Origin: a virus
Taxonomy: Duplodnaviria > Caudoviricetes
Length of the DNA stretch: 53,902 nt
Reading direction: 5' to 3' (one strand)
IMG/VR virus record: IMGVR_UViG_3300032296_000199
Coordinates: 1 to 53,902 of that record
The position numbers and the translations under genes are program-made. A model generated the notes under the pieces. It made no database searches and was not told where the DNA came from. It worked only from the letters and a program-made list of their open reading frames with translations. How positions within the stretch are numbered: the first letter of the stretch is position 1; every line of letters begins with the position of its first letter. Below are positions 29,824 through 39,104 of this stretch, one piece after another.

Positions 29824-30050
29824 GCTTGTCCCCTTGCTCGGATGGCTTCAACGCAACGATATGCGTAACCACCCTCCCACCCATCCTCTGTCGCAATCTC
29901 ATCACACACCTTTGCACACGCCTCACGCTCTTGCTCAATGGCTAAGTTGACCAATGCCACCAAGTGCGGAGTTGATACAGTCCACGTTGTGTAGTGCTTG
30001 TTCTCTTGGATTACCTTGTACAGTGCATCTAGGATTTCATCTTGTGTCAT
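29820..30050 (-). CDS. Small protein, EREACAK...AIRARGQA family (copy 2)
   Basis: Paralogue of 29270-29515. Confidence 0.75.
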   Translation of the reverse strand: MTQDEILDALYKVIQENKHYTTWTVSTPHLVALVNLAIEQEREACAKVCDEIATEDGWEGGYAYRCVEAIRARGQA

Positions 30051-30196
30051 TTCTTCATCCCCCTAACAAAAGCGGCAAAGCTCGCGGCAGTATCGCCAAG
30101 AGACTTCATCGCATCAAACTCTCGCGCTACCTCTTCTAAGACTTTATTACGCTCTTCTGTTGGGTTGATGTAGTCTTGAATATCATCGTCATCCAT
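30047..30196 (-). CDS. Small hypothetical protein (49 aa, MDDDDIQDY...RNKVLEEVAREF)
   Basis: Hand-translated; SD AAGGAG; ATGA overlap with the next gene. Confidence 0.65.
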   Translation of the reverse strand: MDDDDIQDYINPTEERNKVLEEVAREFDAMKSLGDTAASFAAFVRGMKK

Positions 30197-30350
30197 TATT
30201 TTTCTCCTTTCGGTATTTCAATACTTCTTCTAGTAGTTTTTCCATTTGGTCAGCCGCCATTAAATGAAATGGACTGATTGGCTTGTGACTTGCCATTGAA
30301 CGCATCATGCCTATAGTTGTTCTTGCAGTTGTTTCACTCAGTTTTGCCAT
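30189..30350 (-). CDS. Small hypothetical protein (53 aa, MAKLSETTAR...)
   Basis: Hand-translated; SD AAGGA; fills the gap in the operon. Confidence 0.55.
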   Translation of the reverse strand: MAKLSETTARTTIGMMRSMASHKPISPFHLMAADQMEKLLEEVLKYRKEKNNG

Positions 30351-30594
30351 CATCCTTCTCCTTAAGTTGCAACTTTAGCCTTAGTATTCGGTTCTCATGA
30401 AGTGCGGTTTGCACCATCTCTAAGTGCTCTTTATGGCGAGACTCCATTACTTTGACAAGCTTCTGAAAATCGTTATCCCATGCGCTCATCTTGTCTGACA
30501 AAAGCTTGGCGTGATACCAAACGTATTCATCAGTGATACCTTCCACAGTAACGCTATCTTTGATTTCAAATGGTTTAGATTCTTCATTAGTCAT
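30334..30594 (-). CDS. Hypothetical coiled-coil protein
   Basis: ORF track; in the leftward operon. Confidence 0.6.
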   Translation of the reverse strand: MTNEESKPFEIKDSVTVEGITDEYVWYHAKLLSDKMSAWDNDFQKLVKVMESRHKEHLEMVQTALHENRILRLKLQLKEKDDGKTE

Positions 30595-30679
30595 ACAGGT
30601 GCATCCTCATAGTTTTCGGGGTTGAAAGGTAATTTGTATAGGGGTTCATGGTCGGGCGGTTGGTTGGGGAAAGGCCAAA

Positions 30680-30856
30680 CTACTCCAGTACATCCAACAC
30701 CACTTTCTTGATCTTCATGTAGGCTTCCGCTTTCGTGTACGGCATGGCTAGTATGTTGTCTATTTCGCATAGTGCCTCGTAGTATTCTGTTGCATGCATT
30801 GCATGTTGAAGTTTATTTTCATCTTCGGGGTATTCAAATTCAAGTACGGCTTTCAT
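30680..30856 (-). CDS. Small hypothetical protein (58 aa, MKAVLEFEYPEDE...)
   Basis: Hand-translated; MKAxLEFxxPED N-terminus is common in phage small genes; ATGA overlap. Confidence 0.65.
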   Translation of the reverse strand: MKAVLEFEYPEDENKLQHAMHATEYYEALCEIDNILAMPYTKAEAYMKIKKVVLDVLE

Positions 30857-31020
30857 TGACGTTTCTCACTTGGGGGTGTCCACCCAAACTTACGCCATGT
30901 ATCTTGTACATTGGTTAGATTGGCGGGAACGTAAATAAATCTTGGGTCTAGCAAGCTTGGGCGCACAGGCTTTTGTAGTTTCTGCGCGGGTATAGAGACC
31001 AGTTTCTTGTTGGTGTTCAT
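30853..31020 (-). CDS. Small hypothetical protein (55 aa, ...TNVQDTWRKFGWTPPSE)
   Basis: Hand-translated; ATGA overlaps at both ends. Confidence 0.65.
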   Translation of the reverse strand: MNTNKKLVSIPAQKLQKPVRPSLLDPRFIYVPANLTNVQDTWRKFGWTPPSEKRQ

Positions 31021-31313
31021 TTGATAAATCCATCCATTAAAAGTTGTAAATGATGTACGTTGTTTTCATCGATGATCAATGCTAAGCCTCCCGCGATCTC
31101 GATAGAATTTAAATTATGAAGTTGCAAAGCCGTTGGCTTACCACCATTGGCTTTGCATTCGATGCCTACAAAGTGTCCCTTGTAACAACATAGAATGTCA
31201 GGGATGCCTGAATGACCAAACCCCGAGGCGACAGGCATAGCGTGGTATGCGCCCATCTTCTTGAGCGTTTCAATTACCTTCTTCTTTACCTTCTTCTCGG
31301 GCGTATCAGCCAT
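31017..31313 (-). CDS. VRR-NUC domain nuclease (Holliday-junction resolvase-like)
   Basis: PEKKVK...GIPDIL...FVGIECKA...PTALQ. Confidence 0.85.
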   Translation of the reverse strand: MADTPEKKVKKKVIETLKKMGAYHAMPVASGFGHSGIPDILCCYKGHFVGIECKANGGKPTALQLHNLNSIEIAGGLALIIDENNVHHLQLLMDGFIK

Positions 31314-31318
31314 ATCAG

Positions 31319-31669
31319 TTACTCCTTATGTCCATATAGACTCTTGACAAATTGATTGTCCAAGACAAGTATGTATAGGTTCTTGGTTACTTGCCAACCT
31401 ATATCATCTAGTCTTAGGTCTTGATGATTGATATACACAGTCGTATTATCAGACTCCCACTCCTCCAGTATATTAGGAGGGAATGCGTGAATCATTGATA
31501 TTAAAGCTTTGATCTGATCAGGCAAGGTATCCTCATCGAATATTCTTACATGGTTCTTCGCTACCACAACTGCGTATTCATTGTCTCTGACCCACATAGC
31601 TACCCTACTGCTTCCGCTAAGAGTTCTATGAGCGACAGGTGTTAGTTCACTATTGATATCATGGAGCAT
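31319..31669 (-). CDS. Hypothetical protein
   Basis: ORF track; operon context. Confidence 0.6.
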   Translation of the reverse strand: MLHDINSELTPVAHRTLSGSSRVAMWVRDNEYAVVVAKNHVRIFDEDTLPDQIKALISMIHAFPPNILEEWESDNTTVYINHQDLRLDDIGWQVTKNLYILVLDNQFVKSLYGHKE

Positions 31670-32588
31670 GCTTGGGCAACAGTACTACAAGTTTGTTGTT
31701 TGAATGCCCTACTGCAAAGTCCATGTCGTCAAAGTAATGGTCTGTGTATTTAACACCAATCTCATTGTCTTTATCGAAATATCTATTCTGACTTTCCATG
31801 TATGAGCGAATCATTGCGACAGTCGGTGCATGCTCAGTTTCTTTCAGACTAGCATACCGTGTCAGGGGTGACTGAAACTGATACCCAAGCTTGCCAGTAT
31901 TTGAATCCATTCCGGTCACAAAGTCTGCCACATAGTACCCCCTTACAGAGTCGCTTTTGTATCTATCGTTTTCTATGAATATCATAGTACATCCAAGCTT
32001 GAAACGATCTGCCGTTGCTTGACTGCCTTTGACAGATTCAGAAGCTTTCATGTAGTTATCATATATCTTCTGATAGTCAGGGATGTGCTGATGTACAGAC
32101 ATGTCATCAATACCCAATATAGCCTTGAGTGCATCCAATGCCTGAGTCCCACTAATACCAATGTTCGGTGCTCTCTCGTTTGTTATCTCAGCTATTGCAT
32201 GATAGATAGCACTATTGAACATCTCCATTGCCTTGGCTTCTGTGGGTTGTTCTTTGTTCTTCTTGATAGTGCGAATCAGATTGGGTAGCTTTTCAGAATC
32301 CCTTGCGCCATTACCTGACCATTTGCTAGACCTATCTTTGCTGATGATGCTTGGCATGTCGGCAACATAGACAGGCTTGCCATTACTTGTATTCACACTC
32401 AGTTCGCCAATCCTCATGCCGTTGGGCATCTCAAGCGTGATACCTCTGTTGTGAAAGTTATCTCCATCGAAACTAACTCGCGTGTTGAATTCATGGCAGA
32501 ACTCCCGCGCAAATTTCTCCAAGTGTAAGTTGTTAGACAGAAGTCTATGGGCTTTCCACGCATCGCCATATACAGATACTATTTCCAT
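31659..32588 (-). CDS. Hypothetical protein
   Basis: 309-aa ORF with SD AGGAG. Confidence 0.75.
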   Translation of the reverse strand: MEIVSVYGDAWKAHRLLSNNLHLEKFAREFCHEFNTRVSFDGDNFHNRGITLEMPNGMRIGELSVNTSNGKPVYVADMPSIISKDRSSKWSGNGARDSEKLPNLIRTIKKNKEQPTEAKAMEMFNSAIYHAIAEITNERAPNIGISGTQALDALKAILGIDDMSVHQHIPDYQKIYDNYMKASESVKGSQATADRFKLGCTMIFIENDRYKSDSVRGYYVADFVTGMDSNTGKLGYQFQSPLTRYASLKETEHAPTVAMIRSYMESQNRYFDKDNEIGVKYTDHYFDDMDFAVGHSNNKLVVLLPKHAP

Positions 32589-32604
32589 GATTACTTTCTC
32601 CTAG

Positions 32605-33561
32605 TTAAATACGAATGAATCGGTTGTCACATTGATCGATGATGATGTAGCCCCATTTGGATGTTGGAAACTTCTCACCAATAGGTAACTCTTTTAGGAT
32701 TGCGGCATTGTCACAACCCACTAATACAATATCTCTCATATCCTCCTTGATTCTTCTGTCGAGTGTTAATTTATAGTGTCCATCGAACGACCTTATGATC
32801 TGTCGCATTGCATTCTCGGTGTCGTCAGATTTAAATATGGTATTCAATAAATGACGATGACTGTGATAGTGATGACCCTCACCCGCGATAGAGAATACGA
32901 TTGCCGCATCAACAAACTTTTTCTCTCGCACCAATTTAACAAACAGTCCTTCATCAAGTGCGTCAAGACAACCCTCTTGCTCATACAAGTCTTTAAACAC
33001 CTCCAGTATGCCCATCGGGGTCATTGGCTCAATGAACTTCATCGCCATCGTTTGAAACTCTGCAAACTCTTTGAGTGTCTCGTTGGCTTTCTTCTTGTCA
33101 ATGTCTCTCTTAAAAAACTTATATGGCGTAACTGCCTCTCCTGTTTTCATGTCGATACGCAATCCCTTGAATACTGGATGCATCTTTGTATTGGTGTAAT
33201 ACACCACACCACCACGCCCACCATCCTGATGGATGTACCCACGAATCGCTTGTGACATGAACATACAGTCACCCTGTCCTGAAAAGTTAACTACCTCGAA
33301 TGAGTTGTCAGGATGTATCGTCAGCAAGTGTCGCTTGTAATTCCATGTATCCAAAGATGTGTCCTTCTCTACAATCTTCTTGGACATATCAGGATGGGTA
33401 TAGTAAATGTCAATGCGATCACCCCTGAGTCTGAAGTGCCTGTCAGAGTATCGCCTTGCGCCTAAGTTGTATGCGCCATTTGAATCCCTGTATGGCTTTG
33501 CCGTCTTTGCGTACTCAATGAGTGCGTTGTAACTAACATTTTGTATATCGTAGAATGCCAT
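32605..33561 (-). CDS. Hypothetical protein
   Basis: Long ORF with SD GGAG, directly after the VWA gene. Confidence 0.75.
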   Translation of the reverse strand: MAFYDIQNVSYNALIEYAKTAKPYRDSNGAYNLGARRYSDRHFRLRGDRIDIYYTHPDMSKKIVEKDTSLDTWNYKRHLLTIHPDNSFEVVNFSGQGDCMFMSQAIRGYIHQDGGRGGVVYYTNTKMHPVFKGLRIDMKTGEAVTPYKFFKRDIDKKKANETLKEFAEFQTMAMKFIEPMTPMGILEVFKDLYEQEGCLDALDEGLFVKLVREKKFVDAAIVFSIAGEGHHYHSHRHLLNTIFKSDDTENAMRQIIRSFDGHYKLTLDRRIKEDMRDIVLVGCDNAAILKELPIGEKFPTSKWGYIIIDQCDNRFIRI

Positions 33562-33563
33562 TA

Positions 33564-34766
33564 TCAATTCTCCATAAATACTTTTTTACCTGATGGAGGA
33601 GTCCAATTCTTGTTCTCCGTTACCATCCACAAAGTTGGTGATGAGATATTCCACACCACATCGCTCTCAAGATAACCATCGGTGAACACCAATACGCATT
33701 CAGCATTGATCTTCTTCTTATTTATGTATTCAGCCACAGATGAAACTCTAGTTCCCCCGCCACCCAAAGGCTTCAACATCGAACCGATTTGGTCATAGTT
33801 ATCCGTAAAGAGTTGTTCACCATGTACCTTGGTGTCCCACCACAAAATGCGCACCGCATCAGGCGAGACTGCCTCACAGATAGAGACCAGTTCTGAGGCG
33901 AACTCATCAAGTTGTTGTTGTCCAATAGAACCTGAAGTGTCGATTGCCACCACGACCTCACCAATAGTTTCATTCTCTACTGTTGGTAGATAGATATCGT
34001 TGGAGATGAGTCGCCTATTGAACTTGCGCCATGTGTACTCATCCTTGCCTTTGCATGATGAAGTTACAAAGTCAGCCAACTCTTTCTTCCAATCAATGAC
34101 AGGGTTAAGTAAGTCGCTGATAGATCGGGGCAAGTCAATACCCAAGCGACCCGCTAAGAGTGCGCCTTCTCGTATTGCTCTGTCGATCTTGCCATCCATC
34201 TCCTTGGCTTCCTCCTGAGTCATTTGCTTGCCAAAGTCATGCTTGTCGAATTCGTATTCACCACCCCCTGAACCACTACCCTTCTCGCCTTCCTTGTCAG
34301 GCTTACCACCACCTCCGCCACCACCCTTCTTGCTCTTGAGTAATTTGTACACCTCACGCATGCTCATGTTGTGATACTGCGGGTCATACAGTCCACCCTT
34401 GGGTAGTTGAACTAACTCGGGATACTTCTTGCTGATCTCCGTGATCATGTCATTGACCACATAGTCAGCCGCCTTGTTAGCCTTCTCACCATCCTCCTTG
34501 AACATGTCTGCTCCGTGCAGATGGTGTCGCAATCCAATGTGCAAGTTCTCATGCAAGATAAGCCCATTCACCTCGGGTTGTGTTGGACAGATAGTCTGTA
34601 AGAATGTTCTGCCATACTTCTTGTTGATGCCATCCGTATAGGCGGTGATCGCCTCATCCACCACCTCAGTCGAACCCATCATCATCACGCCACCCCACAA
34701 TGCAGTCTCGGGGTGTTTCATCAGGGCGATATGCCCCTTCTTGATTCGTTGCTCTTCAGTAATCAT
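33564..34766 (-). CDS. DUF2201-type metallopeptidase plus VWA-like domain protein
   Basis: TAYTDG, LHENLH (HExxH), N.AADYVVN, VAIDTSGS (MIDAS), GGGGT and VFTDGY. Confidence 0.88.
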   Translation of the reverse strand: MITEEQRIKKGHIALMKHPETALWGGVMMMGSTEVVDEAITAYTDGINKKYGRTFLQTICPTQPEVNGLILHENLHIGLRHHLHGADMFKEDGEKANKAADYVVNDMITEISKKYPELVQLPKGGLYDPQYHNMSMREVYKLLKSKKGGGGGGGKPDKEGEKGSGSGGGEYEFDKHDFGKQMTQEEAKEMDGKIDRAIREGALLAGRLGIDLPRSISDLLNPVIDWKKELADFVTSSCKGKDEYTWRKFNRRLISNDIYLPTVENETIGEVVVAIDTSGSIGQQQLDEFASELVSICEAVSPDAVRILWWDTKVHGEQLFTDNYDQIGSMLKPLGGGGTRVSSVAEYINKKKINAECVLVFTDGYLESDVVWNISSPTLWMVTENKNWTPPSGKKVFMEN

Positions 34767-34855
34767 TATGGTCTCCAGTAATAAACGTCTAACAGTAAAA
34801 CGATGAATGCCAACAGCAGTAGCACTCGCTCAAACTTCTCGCCTCTTGTAAGCAT
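34766..34855 (-). CDS. Small membrane peptide (29 aa, MLTRGEKFERVLLLLAFIVLLLDVYYWRP)
   Basis: Hand-translated; SD GAGG; TAATG overlap with the VWA gene; single hydrophobic helix. Confidence 0.6.
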   Translation of the reverse strand: MLTRGEKFERVLLLLAFIVLLLDVYYWRP

Positions 34856-34863
34856 GTGCTACC

Positions 34864-35934
34864 TCACAGGAGTTGGTGATTGTCAGTCGCCCACTTGTTG
34901 ATCTCTTGGTTGTATCGCGCCAACTTGGGCTTGGCTCGCATCATCATGGTGAAAAAGATCGATTGGATTTCTTCTTGGGGAATACGATTCACAAAGTCCA
35001 TGTACTTGTTCAGGGTATCCTGAGTATCTAACTTGTCGATTGCCTCGAACAACATCATGACCAATGCGCTTACATTGTCAGGAACGCTGATAGTCTTGGG
35101 ACTCTTGATGATGTCCTCATACTTAGTCAGGCGACCCTCAAGTGAGATGAATGCCGCGATAGACTTAGCGAACGCCTCACCCGCAGTACCCGCCAACGCA
35201 ACAGTCAATGTATTCTCTGAGTATTCGCTACGCTTCTCGACGATTGGAGAACACTTAGCCAATGAGCGAGGAGACACAAAGGACTTGCTCGTTGATGATG
35301 GTTTAAAGATATATGGGTTGTCTTGCTGATCGGGATCCAAGTAAGACTTGAACGCCTTGGTATTCATAGCCGCCCATGCCCGAATGGGTCGCGCAATGCC
35401 GTTCGCACTCGCCCATGTATTCCACTCATCATGGTTAGGCTTACGCATACTGACCAAGCACACACGATTCCCAACGTGTGCCAACATGCCATCACCCACA
35501 CCATCGCTTGCATTGTTACTTGTTGCAAACACAATGCTCCCTGCGGGCAGTTGCTCATCACCCACACTACGCTCTAGCATAAGTCTTGTATAGATGATCT
35601 GCATCAGCTTGGGTGACTTCATGAACTCATCGAGCATGATCACCTTCTTCTTGCCATTGCCCATCTTGAACAACGATGAGACATAGTACTCAAGTGTCTT
35701 GCTCGTATGGTTCGGGATAGATGCCGCAACATCCATCATATCTTTCACAGGGCAATCCACATAGATGTAGTCGTACTCATCCTCACCCATCTCTGCTTTA
35801 AGCATTGTTAAGATGGTTGATTTGCCAACCCCAGGCTCAGAGACAACAACGACTGTGTTTGTTGCACCGATAGACTTGATGAGTTGTTTGGTCTCATCGA
35901 TAGATGTGGTCAATGAAAAGTTTACTTTCGACAT
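34864..35934 (-). CDS. MoxR/dynein-like AAA+ ATPase
   Basis: Walker A EPGVGKS, Walker B IMLDE, sensor ATSN, NR finger and SPRS. Confidence 0.88.
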   Translation of the reverse strand: MSKVNFSLTTSIDETKQLIKSIGATNTVVVVSEPGVGKSTILTMLKAEMGEDEYDYIYVDCPVKDMMDVAASIPNHTSKTLEYYVSSLFKMGNGKKKVIMLDEFMKSPKLMQIIYTRLMLERSVGDEQLPAGSIVFATSNNASDGVGDGMLAHVGNRVCLVSMRKPNHDEWNTWASANGIARPIRAWAAMNTKAFKSYLDPDQQDNPYIFKPSSTSKSFVSPRSLAKCSPIVEKRSEYSENTLTVALAGTAGEAFAKSIAAFISLEGRLTKYEDIIKSPKTISVPDNVSALVMMLFEAIDKLDTQDTLNKYMDFVNRIPQEEIQSIFFTMMMRAKPKLARYNQEINKWATDNHQLL

Positions 35935-35961
35935 GGCTTTCTCCAATTAATGTTTCAGGGA

Positions 35962-36141
35962 TTACTGACTTACTTTTTTGATCTCAAAGGTTTTTGATTC
36001 CTCATCGACCTCGATGTAGGCTTCTTTCAAACCTACGGCTACCAATGCACAAGAGATGTAGATGCGCTTGCGCTCTGATCTCCAGTACATGACTGTCATG
36101 ATTGCAAAAGCAATCAACAATACAATTTCTAAATCTGTCAT
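35962..36141 (-). CDS. Small membrane-anchored protein (59 aa, MTDLEIVLLIAFAIMTVMYWR...)
   Basis: Hand-translated; ATGA overlap; N-terminal hydrophobic helix. Confidence 0.6.
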   Translation of the reverse strand: MTDLEIVLLIAFAIMTVMYWRSERKRIYISCALVAVGLKEAYIEVDEESKTFEIKKVSQ

Positions 36142-37046
36142 AAGAATGCTTTCAATGGTTTAAAGTTGGACAACAAGTCATCCACGCTCTCTTTCACTTG
36201 GCTTCGTGCATACGAACTCTCACGCAACTCCTCGCATGTCACGCCATCCAATGCGTTCTCTAGTCGAGCTCTAGCATCCTCCAATGCGGTGTTATTTGTT
36301 AAGTTAAAGGACTTCAGGGTCTCACACAACTCCTTGGCTTGTGTGATGGTTGTGTCGTAAATCTTCTTGCGTTTGACCTTGCCATCCTCGTTGGCGGTAT
36401 TCTCTGTGCATGCATTGCTGATGCGCTCAGCGAACAGGACAAGTCTCTCGCTCGCATCTTGCATGACTGTATCGATGATCTCTCCCACTTGCTTCTCGTA
36501 TCCGCGCATCAAGTCTTCAGCGATAGCCTCGCTGATGTTAGACCTGAAGTCATTCGCAGGGACTTTTGTCACGAACAACTTGATCTTGAATCGGCTTCGC
36601 AAATCTTGTGGTTCAGGGTACTCTGAACGATTAAACATGTCGCCTTGCTTGAATGCCGCATCGCTGACCATCGTGGGGTATGCCGCAATGAACTTATCAA
36701 ACAAGTCATCAAAGGCTTTCTCATGCCCCTCGTATTCTTTCTTGAACTTCTCAAGGTTGATCATGGGCAACAAACGCATTGACCCCGCCCAATCGTATGT
36801 GCAACGCTGAAGCCAGTTATAGACGGTTTGCCGATAGTTAAGGAGGGCTTTGTGGTCGGGCGAGTTAGCGAGCAAGTTCTTGGTGAACTTGCCTGCCTCA
36901 GAGGATGCATTCTTAGCAGATGTAACCTCGTCAGAGATAGCGCGATCTTGCTTGGTCGCAGTCCACACGTTCACGTCTACTGAGACAATAAGTGCAGATG
37001 TTGCAAGTGAGATCACTTGGTTCGGTTGTTGTAATTCAAAGTTCAT
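36138..37046 (-). CDS. DUF3150-like protein
   Basis: W...K.DR, G.F.KNLL, T.DW.G..RLLP, F...YP and F....YP...DL...F pattern; sits upstream of the AAA and VWA genes. Confidence 0.6.
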   Translation of the reverse strand: MNFELQQPNQVISLATSALIVSVDVNVWTATKQDRAISDEVTSAKNASSEAGKFTKNLLANSPDHKALLNYRQTVYNWLQRCTYDWAGSMRLLPMINLEKFKKEYEGHEKAFDDLFDKFIAAYPTMVSDAAFKQGDMFNRSEYPEPQDLRSRFKIKLFVTKVPANDFRSNISEAIAEDLMRGYEKQVGEIIDTVMQDASERLVLFAERISNACTENTANEDGKVKRKKIYDTTITQAKELCETLKSFNLTNNTALEDARARLENALDGVTCEELRESSYARSQVKESVDDLLSNFKPLKAFL

Positions 37047-37047
37047 T

Positions 37048-37251
37048 TCAACGACTCCCTTTATGAGATGAGTTAAGGTTAAGTAACAAGGAACGATCAG
37101 TCACAACTATGTAGTTGGACTTGGGCATCGGCACGATTGTGTGTTTCACAGAACGCGCGTGTAACTCGCCACATGGCATACACAATGTATAACCATGTAG
37201 TTGGCGAGCAATAGAAAATGGTTCACCACAGACTGAACAACTAGGTGTCAC
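37048..37251 (-). CDS. Small Zn-finger protein
   Basis: CSVCG...CMPCG; PMPKSNY motif. Confidence 0.7.
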   Translation of the reverse strand: MTPSCSVCGEPFSIARQLHGYTLCMPCGELHARSVKHTIVPMPKSNYIVVTDRSLLLNLNSSHKGSR

Positions 37252-37523
37252 AGCGTTGAGGTGTTGAGTTGTCGTGTGAGCAATGTCCAGTCATGTGCTA
37301 GACCTTCCTCTTTGTCCTCCAGTTGACAGATGTGCAAGTCATACTCTGCCATTGCCTTGTCGGTGAACACGTCTGTCACCACGCCATCGCACAGGAGAAG
37401 ATAGACTTCCACGATAGGCTGAGACTGTATTGTGTTGCGCATTGCTTCGCGCACAGAGGGATGCACATTGGCATCGTTGGCAATCTCTTGCAAGATCGCA
37501 TGGATTTGTTTGAACTGTCCCAT
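37248..37523 (-). CDS. Hypothetical early protein
   Basis: Start MGQFKQ with SD AAGGA. Confidence 0.6.
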   Translation of the reverse strand: MGQFKQIHAILQEIANDANVHPSVREAMRNTIQSQPIVEVYLLLCDGVVTDVFTDKAMAEYDLHICQLEDKEEGLAHDWTLLTRQLNTSTL

Positions 37524-37606
37524 AACTGATTCCTTACTGTAAATTTCACCCATCGGTGAATCACTAACTTAGACTATTGAGCAGGGAACTTCCCCACTCA
37601 AATTAC

Positions 37607-37615
37607 ATTATACCA
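37607..37615 (-). promoter_or_regulatory. Extended -10 promoter TGGTATAAT
   Basis: Perfect TGnTATAAT in intergenic DNA. Confidence 0.6.
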
Positions 37616-37659
37616 TAACTTTACAAATAAACATAGGGATATACCCCAACTTTGTTGAG

Positions 37660-37989
37660 TCATAGGTCTAGTGTTAAAGGCTCTTGTGGCATCACACGAA
37701 TCCCATACCCGAGCTTCTGAATACGCCTGAGATTTGGCTCAGTCAAAGTCTTGGTATCCGCAATATCTGCAAACACCTTTGCCTTGTCGCACACGGGATA
37801 GACCACTCGTTTCCCATATACATCCATTACGCGGACTGTGATAACAAGATCATTGCCAAGCGCCATGACAACAACTCTGTCTGCTTCTGATCTTGTCTCC
37901 CACAGGTTGTCGCCATGCTCATCGTGGAGATAGTCTCCATTGGCAAGTTCAATCATGTAACCCTCGGTTGTTCTGATAACTTTCATCAT
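37660..37989 (-). CDS. Hypothetical early protein
   Basis: SD GGAG; ORF track. Confidence 0.65.
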   Translation of the reverse strand: MMKVIRTTEGYMIELANGDYLHDEHGDNLWETRSEADRVVVMALGNDLVITVRVMDVYGKRVVYPVCDKAKVFADIADTKTLTEPNLRRIQKLGYGIRVMPQEPLTLDL

Positions 37990-38008
37990 TCTCTCCATTG
38001 TTAATTGT

Positions 38009-38329
38009 TTACAGGATGTTGTAGCCTTTGAGCCAGCGTCTTGTGTCTTTGCCCATGCTGACTATGGTTAAACCCTCGTACTCGTTGTCGATGTCTTTGA
38101 ACTCATCAAAGTCGAATGCGGGGTCAGTTGTGTTTGTGCAGAGATAGTCTCTGTCATTCAGCGGGTCGTGAATCGCTAACCAATCGCTCACCACCTTGTC
38201 AGCGTCTAGTTGCGTGGCAGACTGTCGCACAGTCCGAGGGGTTGTAACGCGCAATGCTTTACGCATCTTGCGGGGTAGGTATTGGTGTTGCTCCCGATTT
38301 GTGGGATTGACCAAAAAGTGAACTTTCAT
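38009..38329 (-). CDS. Hypothetical early protein
   Basis: SD AGGAG; ORF track. Confidence 0.65.
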   Translation of the reverse strand: MKVHFLVNPTNREQHQYLPRKMRKALRVTTPRTVRQSATQLDADKVVSDWLAIHDPLNDRDYLCTNTTDPAFDFDEFKDIDNEYEGLTIVSMGKDTRRWLKGYNIL

Positions 38330-38409
38330 TGCTTTCTCCTAGAATTTTTTCACTACCCCCTGAATGACTAAACAGGGGTTCGATGAGTCTAATCACCCAC
38401 CGAACTTCC

Positions 38410-38418
38410 ATTATAACA
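38410..38418 (-). promoter_or_regulatory. Extended -10 promoter TGTTATAAT
   Basis: Perfect TGnTATAAT upstream of the gene starting at 38329. Confidence 0.55.
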
Positions 38419-38459
38419 TGTATACCTGATTACAAGAAGTGTTGAGGTCAACTATTTTG

Positions 38460-39007
38460 ATGTGAGGTTTTTGGAATTTAAATGGGCTTTTGTAAAGTGG
38501 CGTTGGAATTTGGAAAATGGTTGGAATTTATTTGGGATAGGTTTCACAGGGCTAACTATACTTATATAGTATATATATAGATATAATAGTATTCTTTTTT
38601 AAAAAAGAGTGCTGATGTAAAAAGTGCAAATTCCAAAATTCCAAAATTCCAAGGCGATGTGGAAAGAACGAGGAGGTTTGATTTTGCAAGAAAAATGATT
38701 TAGTTAAGTTAAAACAAGCGTTGCCTTGCACTAGCTGGCAAAGAGAAGCGAACGTGAATAACTCTAAGGTGTTGGCTCTCCTCCGCAGAAACTGGAATTT
38801 TGGAATATCCACAAGATATCCACAGGTTATACACGAAATTCTCTTTATAAAACAACAACTTAGCAAAGTTCCAATTTCGATTCCAATTTTGGAACGACTT
38901 TACAAATAAGTGGAATTTCTAGGTAGTAACCCTAGTTTCAGATTTGGAATTCCAATGTTCCAGCTCAGTTCCAGTTGTGTTGGAATTACATTGGAACATT
39001 GGAATAA
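38460..39007. other. Putative replication origin: TGGAA/TTCCA iterons, AT-rich core and DnaA-box-like triplet
   Basis: About 20 TGGAA/TTCCA copies in both orientations; AT-rich palindromic tract 38555-38610; ATATCCACA x2 plus TTATACACG at 38805-38835. Confidence 0.6.
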
Positions 39008-39104
39008 TTTCACTAACCCCTGAACGACTAAGTTAGAGCCTTGCCCACGCACACGCTCGCTCACACACGCGACGACAAGTAACTGGTCTCGTAGGGTCGA
39101 GACG

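Larger units (their letters stand above)
29269..29848. repeat. 30-bp identical direct repeats at 29269-29298 and 29819-29848
   Basis: GTCATGCTTGTCCCCTTGCTCGGATGGCTT occurs twice; a second shared block TTTGCACACGCCTCACGCTCT lies at ~29403 and ~29911. Confidence 0.92.

Noticed and set aside
38552-38909. ORFs 38552-38866 (-) and 38721-38909 (+)
   Set aside because: They lie within the iteron/AT-rich region, lack an SD and have atypical composition; likely spurious.
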